The notes under the pieces: model-generated | The model's database searches: none | Told to the model about the DNA's origin: nothing | What the model saw: only the letters and a program-made list of their open reading frames with translations | In this document: positions 9,024 to 17,309 of the stretch, piece after piece | Layout: each line of letters begins with the position of its first letter | How positions within the stretch are numbered: position 1 is the stretch's first letter | Source of the DNA: Candidatus Saccharimonadales bacterium | Lineage (GTDB): Bacteria; Patescibacteriota; Saccharimonadia; Saccharimonadales; UBA10212 | Direction of reading: 5' to 3' | Length of the DNA stretch: 64,000 bases | NCBI GenBank assembly: GCA_040900055.1 | Contig: JBBDZU010000007.1 | Coordinates: 104,435 to 168,434, forward strand | Made by a program: the position numbers and the translations under genes

Positions 9024-9704
9024 GTGGTAGTATCAATTGTAATGACCACCAAAATTGCCCTAGCTAAACCAATTTTACTCTGTCTTTATGGTTTTCCTGG
9101 TTCGGGCAAGAGTTTTGTAGCTAGAAACCTAGCTTCAACCTTAGAAATAGCGCTCGTTAGTGCCGACAGGGTAAGAAGCGAGTTATTTAGGCAACCTCGC
9201 TACGACGATCAAGAAAACGCCATTGTTACTCACCTAATGAACTATATGACTGAGGAATTTTTAAATGCTGGTGTCGGCGTAGTTTATGACGCTAATGCAG
9301 TAAGAGTAGCCCAAAGGCACAGGTTGAGGGAACTGGCCAAGAATCACCGTGCAGACTACCTGCTAGTTTGGCTGCAAATCGACGTTGAGAGCGCCTTTAC
9401 TCGTACTCAAAAACGTGACAGACGTACCGCCGACGATAAACATGCCGAGCCTCAAACCCGCCTAACCTTTGATAAACAGCTTAGTTTAATGCAAAATCCT
9501 AAAGACGAAGATTATCTGGTCATCAGCGGTAAGCATGCCTTCGTAACTCAAAAAAATGCGATCATCGACAGACTTTATAAGATGGGCTTTATCCCTAGCG
9601 AGACCGTACAGCATAATGTCGCAAAACCTGGACTGGTTAACCTTATACCTAACCCGCAACTTGACCAAGTGGACCTAAGCCGCCGTAGCATCTCAGTCGA
9701 ATAG
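9024..9704 (+). CDS. P-loop NTPase, AAA_33 / zeta-toxin-like predicted kinase (GTG 9024 or ATG 9042 start)
   Basis: Walker A motif LYGFPGSGKSF and Walker B-like VGVVYDAN. Size of about 220 aa. Confidence 0.65.
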   Translation: MVVSIVMTTKIALAKPILLCLYGFPGSGKSFVARNLASTLEIALVSADRVRSELFRQPRYDDQENAIVTHLMNYMTEEFLNAGVGVVYDANAVRVAQRHRLRELAKNHRADYLLVWLQIDVESAFTRTQKRDRRTADDKHAEPQTRLTFDKQLSLMQNPKDEDYLVISGKHAFVTQKNAIIDRLYKMGFIPSETVQHNVAKPGLVNLIPNPQLDQVDLSRRSISVE

Positions 9705-9705
9705 T

Positions 9706-10416
9706 ATGTCAACTAGAGCGGTCTATGTGGACGGAGTTGGGGATATATTACTTACCAAACGCAAAGGTTCCAAAAATGCCCGATTAAGTATCAGGGCCGA
9801 CGGCCGCGTGCGAGTGAACTTGCCCGCCTGGTCGTCATATGCTGCTGGCTTAGCCTTTGCCAAAGCTCATAAGCGCTGGATAATAAGCCATCGCCCTTAC
9901 TTTCAAAGGCCCGTCCTAAAAAACGGTGACCAATTTTATGGTAAGTACCATCTAAAATTTAACTACACCCTAGGGGCTCAAAGAATCACCGCCACGTTAG
10001 GCCCTAGAAGTATTGTTATATCAAGCAGCCTAGCGTATGACCACCCTAGTGTTCAAAATAAAGCTTATCAAAGCTGCGAAAAAGCCCTTAGGGCCGAAGC
10101 CAAAGTTATATTGCCTAAACGCCTAGAACAATTATCTAGGCAGTATGGCTTTAAGTGCCAAGATGTTAAAATCCGCAAACTGACAGCTAGATGGGGAAGC
10201 TGTTCAAAAGATAAAAAAATTACCTTAAGCTATTACTTATTGCAGTTATCTCCCGATCTTCGTGATTACGTTATCTTGCATGAGTTAGTACACACCAAGC
10301 ACTTAAACCATGGTCCGGACTTTTGGCAGCTTTTCCAAAGCATCTATCCCCAAGCAAACCAAAGTAGAAAGCACATCCGGAATTTTAGGCCGCGACTAGC
10401 GCCGCTAACTACTTAA
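9706..10416 (+). CDS. DUF45 / YgjP-like zinc metallohydrolase (HExxH)
   Basis: YVILHELVHTKHLNHGPDFW is the HExxH plus H..FW signature of the YgjP/DUF45 family. Start is 2 nt after the upstream stop. Confidence 0.7.
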   Translation: MSTRAVYVDGVGDILLTKRKGSKNARLSIRADGRVRVNLPAWSSYAAGLAFAKAHKRWIISHRPYFQRPVLKNGDQFYGKYHLKFNYTLGAQRITATLGPRSIVISSSLAYDHPSVQNKAYQSCEKALRAEAKVILPKRLEQLSRQYGFKCQDVKIRKLTARWGSCSKDKKITLSYYLLQLSPDLRDYVILHELVHTKHLNHGPDFWQLFQSIYPQANQSRKHIRNFRPRLAPLTT

Positions 10417-10500
10417 AAACCGTTGCAAAAACCGAATTCGTACGCTACTATTGACATGTCGAAGCCTACTTTAACAAGTAGGTTTTTTAAGTGAGGAATA

Positions 10501-10839
10501 ATGGCGACTAATTCGTCGAGTGCTAAAAAACGCATTCGAAAAACCGCACCTTCACCAGATGAGGGTAAATCTAAACACGAAAGGCAAGCAAACAGCCGTT
10601 TGCAGGGGGTTTTACCTCAAGTTATGCTGCCTGTAAGCGTTAAGCGAGTCCTAAATAAGCTAATTCCCAGCTATTTTATTAGGTCTTGGCGTGAAGTCAG
10701 AAAAGTTAGTTGGCCAAATCGTAAAGAAACCTGGCGGCTAACACTGGCGGTATTCATCTTTGCTGTAATCTTTGGGGCTTTAGCCTTCGGCGTCGATAAG
10801 GGCTTAGACATACTTTTTAGAGACCTAGTATTAGAATAA
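10501..10839 (+). CDS. secE: Preprotein translocase SecE (long basic N-terminal region)
   Basis: C-terminal EVRKVSWPNRKETWRLTLAVFIFAVIFGALAFGVD is the SecE signature. Directly upstream of nusG. Confidence 0.8.
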   Translation: MATNSSSAKKRIRKTAPSPDEGKSKHERQANSRLQGVLPQVMLPVSVKRVLNKLIPSYFIRSWREVRKVSWPNRKETWRLTLAVFIFAVIFGALAFGVDKGLDILFRDLVLE

Positions 10840-10848
10840 GGAACTTTT

Positions 10849-11391
10849 ATGAACAAACGCTATGACTCCTCTAAACAATGGTATGCCATCCATACTTATA
10901 GCGGCTACGAAGAAAAAGTAGCGGAATCTATTCGCCAGAGGGCCGAATCGTTAGATATGGGCGATAAGATTTTTCAGGTCTTGGTTCCTAAAGAAAAAAT
11001 GATTGAGATTAAAAACGGTAAGCGTCGCGTAGTCGAAAAACGCATCTTTCAAGGTTATGTGTTGGTAGAAATGAAATTATCTGAAGATGCTTGGTACATC
11101 GTGCGAAACACCCCCAATGTAACTGGCTTTGTAGGCACCGGCACTGACCCCACGCCGGTTGAACCCGATGAAATTGCTAAAATTATGAAGCGAATGGGCC
11201 GCGACGAGCCTAAGCACAAGTTCGATTATCGGGTTGGTGAGGTCGTTAATATAATTGATGGACCGTTTAAAGGTTTTGATGGAGCCATTAACGAGATAGA
11301 CGCCCAGAAAGGAAAGCTTAAAGTGCTGGTTAATATGTTTGGCCGCGAAACGCCGGTTGAGCTTGATGGCCTACAGGTAAAGAGGGTTTAA
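10849..11391 (+). CDS. nusG: Transcription termination/antitermination factor NusG
   Basis: NGN domain (WYAIHTYSGYEEKV) and KOW domain (GEVVNIIDGPFKGFDGAINEID). Confidence 0.9.
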   Translation: MNKRYDSSKQWYAIHTYSGYEEKVAESIRQRAESLDMGDKIFQVLVPKEKMIEIKNGKRRVVEKRIFQGYVLVEMKLSEDAWYIVRNTPNVTGFVGTGTDPTPVEPDEIAKIMKRMGRDEPKHKFDYRVGEVVNIIDGPFKGFDGAINEIDAQKGKLKVLVNMFGRETPVELDGLQVKRV

Positions 11392-11392
11392 C

Positions 11393-11848
11393 ATGGCCAA
11401 GGAAGTTAAAGCCAATATCAAGATGAAAATCCGGGCTGGGCAGGCCAGTCCAGCGCCGCCAGTGGGCTCCATACTCGGCCAATACGGTGTCAATATGATG
11501 GACTTTATTAATCCCTTTAACGAACAGACCAAAGACCGCATGGGACAGATGGTTACTGTCCATGTAACCATATACGATGACAGGACCATGGTCTGGCGGG
11601 TAGTCGGCACCCCTACTGACGAACTGATTTTATCCGCTCTTAAAGTAGAGAAAGGGTCAGCAGAACCAAACAAGACAAAGCTAGATGAGAAGTTGTCTAG
11701 TTCCCAGCTGAGCGAAATCGCGGAAAGTAAGGCCAGCGATATGAACACAACGGATATCGAATCTGTGAAAAAAATGGTAGCCGGTACAGCCCGCAGCATG
11801 GGTGTAGAAATAGATAAGACGGGAGAAAGTGATAATGCCCACACCTAA
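11393..11848 (+). CDS. rplK: 50S ribosomal protein L11
   Basis: IKMKIRAGQASPAPPVGSILGQYGVNMMDF is the L11 signature. Confidence 0.9.
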   Translation: MAKEVKANIKMKIRAGQASPAPPVGSILGQYGVNMMDFINPFNEQTKDRMGQMVTVHVTIYDDRTMVWRVVGTPTDELILSALKVEKGSAEPNKTKLDEKLSSSQLSEIAESKASDMNTTDIESVKKMVAGTARSMGVEIDKTGESDNAHT

Positions 11849-12740
11849 AAAAGCTGAAGACCAGGCGCTTAAGCAGGCTGAGATTACCGACAAAGTTGCG
11901 CCGGCTGCAAAGAAAGTTGACTCCGCCGCTAAAGCCGGCAAAAGAAGCCCTAAGGCCGTGAGGGAGACTTCGGAAAAATTGGCTAAAAATGCTAAAAAAG
12001 CTCACGCCGGCGAGTCAGATGCTAAAGCAAAAACCGCACACAAACCTCCCCGTAGCCGGCAAGAACGGACCGGTAAAAAATATCGCGAGGTGGCTAAGCA
12101 AGTTGATAAAACTAAAGTCTACAGCCTGGCGGAAGCCGTGGATTTGGCTACTAAAACGAATCCTGTCAAGTTTGACGCTTCAGTAGAAATACATATCAAC
12201 TTAAACGTCGATCCCACGCAAGCCGACCACAATATCCGTGGCAGCCTGAACCTCCCGGCTGGCAGCGGTAAAAAAGTGGTTGTGGCTGTTTTTGTTAACG
12301 ACGAAGACGCTGCCGAGCTTAAAAAGGCCGGCGCTGATTTAGCTGGTGTATCCGAGATCTTGGCCAAGCTAGATAATAAGGAGCTTAGTTTCGATATTTT
12401 GATATCTACCCCCGAACTTATGAGCGTACTTTCCAAATATGCCAGGTTACTGGGCCCAAAAGGACTCATGCCCAATCCCAAAAGCGGAACCGTAACTTCG
12501 GATGTCAAAAAGGCTGTTTCAGAAGCTAAAGCTGGAAGAATAGAATACCGTATTGACCCAAGCGGCATAATCCATATGGCGGTCGGTAAGGTAAGTTTTG
12601 GCCAAGACAAACTGCTTAGCAACGTCGAGGTTGCTATCTCTGCGATTCGTACGTCCAAGCCGGCTAGTCTTAAAGGCCCATACGTCAAATCGGCCTATAT
12701 TAGCACCTCGATGGGACCATCAATCAAAATTACGGTCTAG
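11835..12740 (+). CDS. rplA: 50S ribosomal protein L1 with N-terminal Lys/Ala-rich extension of about 75 aa
   Basis: Core L1 begins at GKKYREVAKQVDKTKVYSLAEAVDL and ends at GPSIKI. SD GGGAG at 11821-11825 precedes ATG 11835 (GTG 11829 is also in frame). No alternative in-frame ATG lies before the core. Confidence 0.85.
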   Translation: MPTPKKAEDQALKQAEITDKVAPAAKKVDSAAKAGKRSPKAVRETSEKLAKNAKKAHAGESDAKAKTAHKPPRSRQERTGKKYREVAKQVDKTKVYSLAEAVDLATKTNPVKFDASVEIHINLNVDPTQADHNIRGSLNLPAGSGKKVVVAVFVNDEDAAELKKAGADLAGVSEILAKLDNKELSFDILISTPELMSVLSKYARLLGPKGLMPNPKSGTVTSDVKKAVSEAKAGRIEYRIDPSGIIHMAVGKVSFGQDKLLSNVEVAISAIRTSKPASLKGPYVKSAYISTSMGPSIKITV

Positions 12741-12758
12741 GTGTAAACTAAAGTACAT

Positions 12759-13463
12759 ATGGGAGTTTATAGCAACAAGCAAATCAGAGAGGCGATTAGC
12801 GCAGGTCATATTATTTGCCATCCTTTTAATCCTGCTAACGTGGCCGGTAGTAGTCTTGACGTTACCCTAGGAGAGTGGTTCTACCGCACTGAGCGCACGG
12901 GGCTAAGTGGTTTTTATAATCCTTTTGATAAGCAAGACGTTAATCGTTACTTCGCGGGGCCATATAAAGCAGAAACTCATAGGGTATGGTCCAAAGCTAA
13001 TGGCCGAACCCTTTTTGAAGGTATCCCAGCTAACCAGCCGATAATTGTGGTTAGGCCGGGAGAGAGGTTACTCGGTCATACTCATGAATTTATAGGGATT
13101 AAGGCTCCCGGCACCAGTACTCTGCAGGCTCGAAGTACGTGGGGGCGAAATGGCGTAGCGGTTTGTATAGACGCCGGCTGGGGCGACCCTGGCTACATCA
13201 ACCGCTGGACACTAGAAATCTACAATATGAATCAACACGAAAGTGTGGTCCTTCCCGTTGGCGAACGCATTGCCCAAATGGTTTTTTACGAAACCGGACC
13301 AGTCGACGGTGAATATGTAGGGCTTAGTGGCAAATACCAGCAAGCGACTAGCGCTGATCTAAAGTCCCTCGTCAAAAAGTGGGAACCGGTCCAAATGCTG
13401 CCAAAAGCTTATAAAGACGCTAGAACTAAACCCATAAAAATTGATGGTTTGGGTGGCTCATGA
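12759..13463 (+). CDS. dcd: dCTP deaminase / dUTPase-superfamily protein
   Basis: N-terminal SSLDVTLGEWFY and the central beta-barrel region resemble Dcd. The 234 aa length is somewhat longer than canonical Dcd. Confidence 0.7.
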   Translation: MGVYSNKQIREAISAGHIICHPFNPANVAGSSLDVTLGEWFYRTERTGLSGFYNPFDKQDVNRYFAGPYKAETHRVWSKANGRTLFEGIPANQPIIVVRPGERLLGHTHEFIGIKAPGTSTLQARSTWGRNGVAVCIDAGWGDPGYINRWTLEIYNMNQHESVVLPVGERIAQMVFYETGPVDGEYVGLSGKYQQATSADLKSLVKKWEPVQMLPKAYKDARTKPIKIDGLGGS

Positions 13464-15406
13464 CCGGAACTTTCATAGTCCTAGAGGGCTCTGACGGCTC
13501 AGGCAAGACCACTCAATTTAGGCTGCTCCAAGCGCGGTTAAGGGCCCTGGGGTACGATGTCGAGGTTTTTGATTTTCCCCGTTATGACCAAGATTCCAGT
13601 CACTTTATCCGCAAATACTTAAATGGTGATTACGGACGGCCTGCCGATGTTAGCCCTTATAGTGCCTCACTTTTTTATGCGCTTGACAGATTCGAGGCTG
13701 CAGCTGATATCAGAAAAACTCTGTCTGCCGGAAAAATTGTCTTATCGGATCGCTATGTTGGATCGAATATGGCCCATCAAGGTTCAAAAATCGACGCCGC
13801 AGCCCAACTTAGAGGCTATTTTGTCTGGAACGACAATTTGGAGTACAGATTACTGGGCATACCACGTCCAACTATTAGTATTTACCTGAGGGTGCCCGCA
13901 GACATCTCCTATGACTTAATGGCCAAAAGGGCCGTTCGGAGCTACACCGATAAAGTTCGTGATGGCCACGAAGCTGACTTAAACCATCTACAAAAAACCG
14001 TAAAAACTTATGATCTACTTTGTCAGCTATTCCCTAAAGACTATATTGCTATCGACTGTACAGATAATCAAAAAATACTTGGCATAGCCGAGATTAATGA
14101 CCGGATTTGGGAAGTTGTTAAGCCGTTGCTCCCAGCCAGCCGCCCCCATCGACCAAAAAGCCTAACAGTTAATATTAATGAGCCGGTAATGCCAGCGATT
14201 CATGCCAAGAAAACTGCAAAACGTGACGGGCTAACAACAAAGGGCGACAAGGTTCTAATTTTTGAGTCAAGAAATGTCAGTCTGCTGGCTTTAGCTTCCG
14301 TCATTGCTAACCCCGTTAAGCTTGAAATGACGCCATCAAAGGATTACTTTACACCCAGCTCACTACCTGCAAATCTCCAAAAATTCTACAAAGAGAGTCT
14401 GGAGCATCTTTCCAAGCTCCAAAATCAGCTAAGGGCTGGCCTGCACAAACATGACAATACTCCAAACGAACAAATACTAGCCGCAGTTGCTTCTATTAGG
14501 CCCTTGGCGTCACTTTATAACATCCGTATTTTAGCGACCCATCAAGCGGCCGGGGACTTAATTGACGAATTAGCACTAAGCAGCCTTAAAGAGGCTAGAT
14601 GGCTAGGTGATCAACTGGCAGCGGCAGCTAAAAATATGTGGCCAGCCACTCAGGCACTACGAGGCCATACTCCGCCAGAGGCTGTCCGCAAGATTATTGC
14701 CGAAATTTCTAAAAATCACTTACCGCAAAAAATCGACGGCGCTTCAGAGCCAGTCAGACTGCTTCAGGCTTTACCTCGTAATGAATTTGAGATTTTAGCC
14801 GACGGCATCTACCCATTTAGTAATCTATCTAAGAGCGATATCGAAAATGAGCTCGATAGCTGGAGCTACGAACAAAAATCGCAAGCCCTATCGGCGATAG
14901 TAGCCAAACCGACGCTGTCACGAGAGATTTGCTATAGACTCGACGCTATTTGTGACTTTTTGTCATTTCAAACTATGCGCTCAAGCAGTATCGGTTATGA
15001 TTTTAGCCTTCAGCCGCCTACACCGCGGTACGGTTACGATATGCCTAAAATTATTGAAGACGCCGGACTAGAAGATACCTTTATGGAGTGTTTTGATGAG
15101 AGTCTAAAGCTATATAGCACGCTTCAATCCAAAAGCTCCCAAGAAAACGCCAGCTACGCAACGCTTACCGGCCATAAAATTAGGATGCAGTTTAATCTTA
15201 AAGCAGCCGACTTAAGTCAAGCACTGCACAGTGGTAGCCCTAAACCAGACACTTACCTTAAGCTGCTTGAAGAAATTCAGGAAAAAGTCTCTTCTGCCCA
15301 CCCAATAATTTGGGCAAGCTTATCTAAAGGCAAGGAGAACGCCCCCATTTTAGATAAACCTAAGACACGCCGCACTCGCAGCAAAAAAAGGGTTCGACCA
15401 TCTTAA
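13460..15406 (+). CDS. tmk: Thymidylate kinase fused to a C-terminal domain of about 430 aa of unknown function, with an Arg/Lys-rich tail
   Basis: N-terminal IVLEGSDGSGKTTQ P-loop and dTMP-kinase-like first ~215 aa. The remainder has no family I can assign. The ATGA overlap with dcd indicates coupling. Confidence 0.7.
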   Translation: MTGTFIVLEGSDGSGKTTQFRLLQARLRALGYDVEVFDFPRYDQDSSHFIRKYLNGDYGRPADVSPYSASLFYALDRFEAAADIRKTLSAGKIVLSDRYVGSNMAHQGSKIDAAAQLRGYFVWNDNLEYRLLGIPRPTISIYLRVPADISYDLMAKRAVRSYTDKVRDGHEADLNHLQKTVKTYDLLCQLFPKDYIAIDCTDNQKILGIAEINDRIWEVVKPLLPASRPHRPKSLTVNINEPVMPAIHAKKTAKRDGLTTKGDKVLIFESRNVSLLALASVIANPVKLEMTPSKDYFTPSSLPANLQKFYKESLEHLSKLQNQLRAGLHKHDNTPNEQILAAVASIRPLASLYNIRILATHQAAGDLIDELALSSLKEARWLGDQLAAAAKNMWPATQALRGHTPPEAVRKIIAEISKNHLPQKIDGASEPVRLLQALPRNEFEILADGIYPFSNLSKSDIENELDSWSYEQKSQALSAIVAKPTLSREICYRLDAICDFLSFQTMRSSSIGYDFSLQPPTPRYGYDMPKIIEDAGLEDTFMECFDESLKLYSTLQSKSSQENASYATLTGHKIRMQFNLKAADLSQALHSGSPKPDTYLKLLEEIQEKVSSAHPIIWASLSKGKENAPILDKPKTRRTRSKKRVRPS

Positions 15407-15543
15407 ATTAGGAGTCTTGCCAGGGGTAGTCTTGGTATGTTAGATTAATAGAGTGAACCAAAGACAGTAGCTTCCGTCGGTTGACGGATTAATTTAGAAA
15501 AGTTAAGGCTACCGAGGTAATCTCTTGAATAGTCTTTGGTATA

Positions 15544-15571
15544 TGCCAAAGATTTTTTATTTGGCATTTTT
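15544..15571 (+). promoter_or_regulatory. AT-rich hairpin plus T-run in rplJ leader (possible L10 leader/attenuator)
   Basis: tgccaaa-gatttttta-tttggca followed by ttttt, immediately 5' of the rplJ SD. Confidence 0.3.
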
Positions 15572-15580
15572 GGAGAAAAA

Positions 15581-16108
15581 ATGGCCCTAGCCAAAGAGAA
15601 GAAAGTCCAAATTGTAGCCGATCTTAAGGAGAGACTAGACTCTTCAAAAATGACTGTATTTGCTCATTACCAAGGCACAGCAGTTTCGGTCTTGGCCGAG
15701 CTTAGACGGAGTGCCGCAGATGAGGGTGTTAGCGTTCGGGTTGTCAAAAATCGGTTGTTCAAAAGAGCTATGGACACCAACCCCCACTTTAAGTCTTTAG
15801 ACAAAGACGTGCTTAGCGGGCAGTTGCTTTATGCCTTTGGTAACGATGAAGTAGCCCCAGCGAAAGTTTTAGCTAGCTTCGCCAAAAGCCAGCCCCAGCT
15901 AAAATTTGCGGGCGCCTTAGCGGCCGAGGGTTATTTTTTATCTGTTGACGATGTTACGGTTTTAGCTAATCTACCGACCAAACAGGAGCTGAGGGCTAAG
16001 CTAGCTTCAACTCTAAAAGCTCCGTTTCGCTCTTTGGCAGTTGTCGCGGGCTCAAGCGGGCGCAACTTACTTAGTGTGTTAAGTTCAAGATCCCAAGCAA
16101 TAAGCTAA
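15581..16108 (+). CDS. rplJ: 50S ribosomal protein L10
   Basis: MALAKEKKVQIVADLKERLDSSKMTVFAHYQG is the L10 signature. ATG 15581 follows SD ggag. The upstream in-frame ATG 15536 is less likely. Confidence 0.85.
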   Translation: MALAKEKKVQIVADLKERLDSSKMTVFAHYQGTAVSVLAELRRSAADEGVSVRVVKNRLFKRAMDTNPHFKSLDKDVLSGQLLYAFGNDEVAPAKVLASFAKSQPQLKFAGALAAEGYFLSVDDVTVLANLPTKQELRAKLASTLKAPFRSLAVVAGSSGRNLLSVLSSRSQAIS

Positions 16109-16123
16109 ATTAAGGAGAATAAG

Positions 16124-16540
16124 ATGGCAGACAACAAAGATACGAAAACCAAAGTCCCTAAAGAGTTCGAAAAGCTAGTGGCCGAGCTAGACAAAATGAC
16201 AGCCCTCCAAATCAGTCAATTTGTTAAGTTATTAGAGGAGCACTGGGGAGTCTCAGCGGCCGCACCGGCAATGGCAATGTCAACGTCGGCTCAAACACCA
16301 GAAGACCAAGCACCCACGTCCGAGGAAAAGAGCCAATTTGACGTTCTACTTAAAGATGCCGGATCCCAAAAAGTAGCCGCTATTAAAGCCGTCAAGGAAG
16401 TGACTGGCTTAGGTTTAGGTGAAGCTAAAGCTCTGGTTGATGGAGCGCCAAAAGTGATTAAAGAAAAAGTTACTAAAGATGAGGCAGAAGAGGCTAAAAA
16501 AGCATTAGAAGCTGCCGGCGCTATAGTCGAATTGACTTGA
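16124..16540 (+). CDS. rplL: 50S ribosomal protein L7/L12
   Basis: The N-terminal dimerisation helix, an Ala/Pro hinge and the C-terminal domain ([20 protein letters not shown]) are present. Confidence 0.9.
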   Translation: MADNKDTKTKVPKEFEKLVAELDKMTALQISQFVKLLEEHWGVSAAAPAMAMSTSAQTPEDQAPTSEEKSQFDVLLKDAGSQKVAAIKAVKEVTGLGLGEAKALVDGAPKVIKEKVTKDEAEEAKKALEAAGAIVELT

Positions 16541-16727
16541 GGGTCCTTAGTTCTATTGGCTAAATAACTCAATAATTTATACAGCCAGACGCGTGCAGTA
16601 GCTGGCGAGTAAAATATTTATCCACAAGTTAGGGGTGAGCGTTTTGACTCACGACTTAAACTATGGTAATTTTGGGATGAAAGACCTACAAACAAATACC
16701 AGATGAGGCTGGGGAAATTAAAAATAA

Positions 16728-17240
16728 ATGGCAGACATACCCGAAAAACAAATCAAGCGCCTGCGCACTTTGATAGCTGAGGCTGAAACAGCATTGGCAG
16801 CCACTAAGGAGCTGCTTATATCCTTGGTGGGAGAAGATTCGGTATTAGTCGAAAAAGTTAAGGATAAGTCACTGGGCAAAGTAATCGAAGGTGTTTTTGA
16901 CGGGCAAGCAATGGTTGGCAGCGATGGAAAAACCTATCCAGTACCCGCTAATTATGCTTCAAAGTCCAAATTAGTCCAGGGTGATATTTTGAAGCTAACC
17001 ATCGCCGACGACGGAGCCTTTATGTATAAGCAGATTGGCCCTATTCCTAGACGCCAGGTGGTAGGAGTGCTTAAGCAAAAAGATGGTCACTATTTTGTTG
17101 ATATAGACGGCAAGGAATACAGGGTTTTGTTGGCGTCGGTAACTTATTTTAAAGCCAAACCAGGCGACCAGGTTAGTGTTAACCTGCCAGAAGACACAAC
17201 TGTAGACGCCGAATGGGCCGCGCTTGAGGCGGCTCTTTAG
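16728..17240 (+). CDS. Hypothetical protein with N-terminal helix and an internal tandem beta-rich repeat
   Basis: GKTYPVPANYASKSKLVQGD and GKEYRVLLASVTYFKAKPGD are repeat units. SD is present. No family recognised. Confidence 0.5.
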   Translation: MADIPEKQIKRLRTLIAEAETALAATKELLISLVGEDSVLVEKVKDKSLGKVIEGVFDGQAMVGSDGKTYPVPANYASKSKLVQGDILKLTIADDGAFMYKQIGPIPRRQVVGVLKQKDGHYFVDIDGKEYRVLLASVTYFKAKPGDQVSVNLPEDTTVDAEWAALEAAL

Positions 17241-17309
17241 ATTCTTATTCGCTTTTAACCCTAAAACGAGGCAACTTATCGGTGCTAAAAAGCGTATAAT
17301 GATTTTGAT

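Noticed and set aside
13460-15406. Idea that the Tmk C-terminal domain of about 430 aa is a ThyX (flavin-dependent thymidylate synthase)
   Set aside because: Only vague motif resemblance. The RHR...S...RY signature is not intact, and a canonical thyA exists in the window. It is kept only as a hypothesis to test by HHpred.
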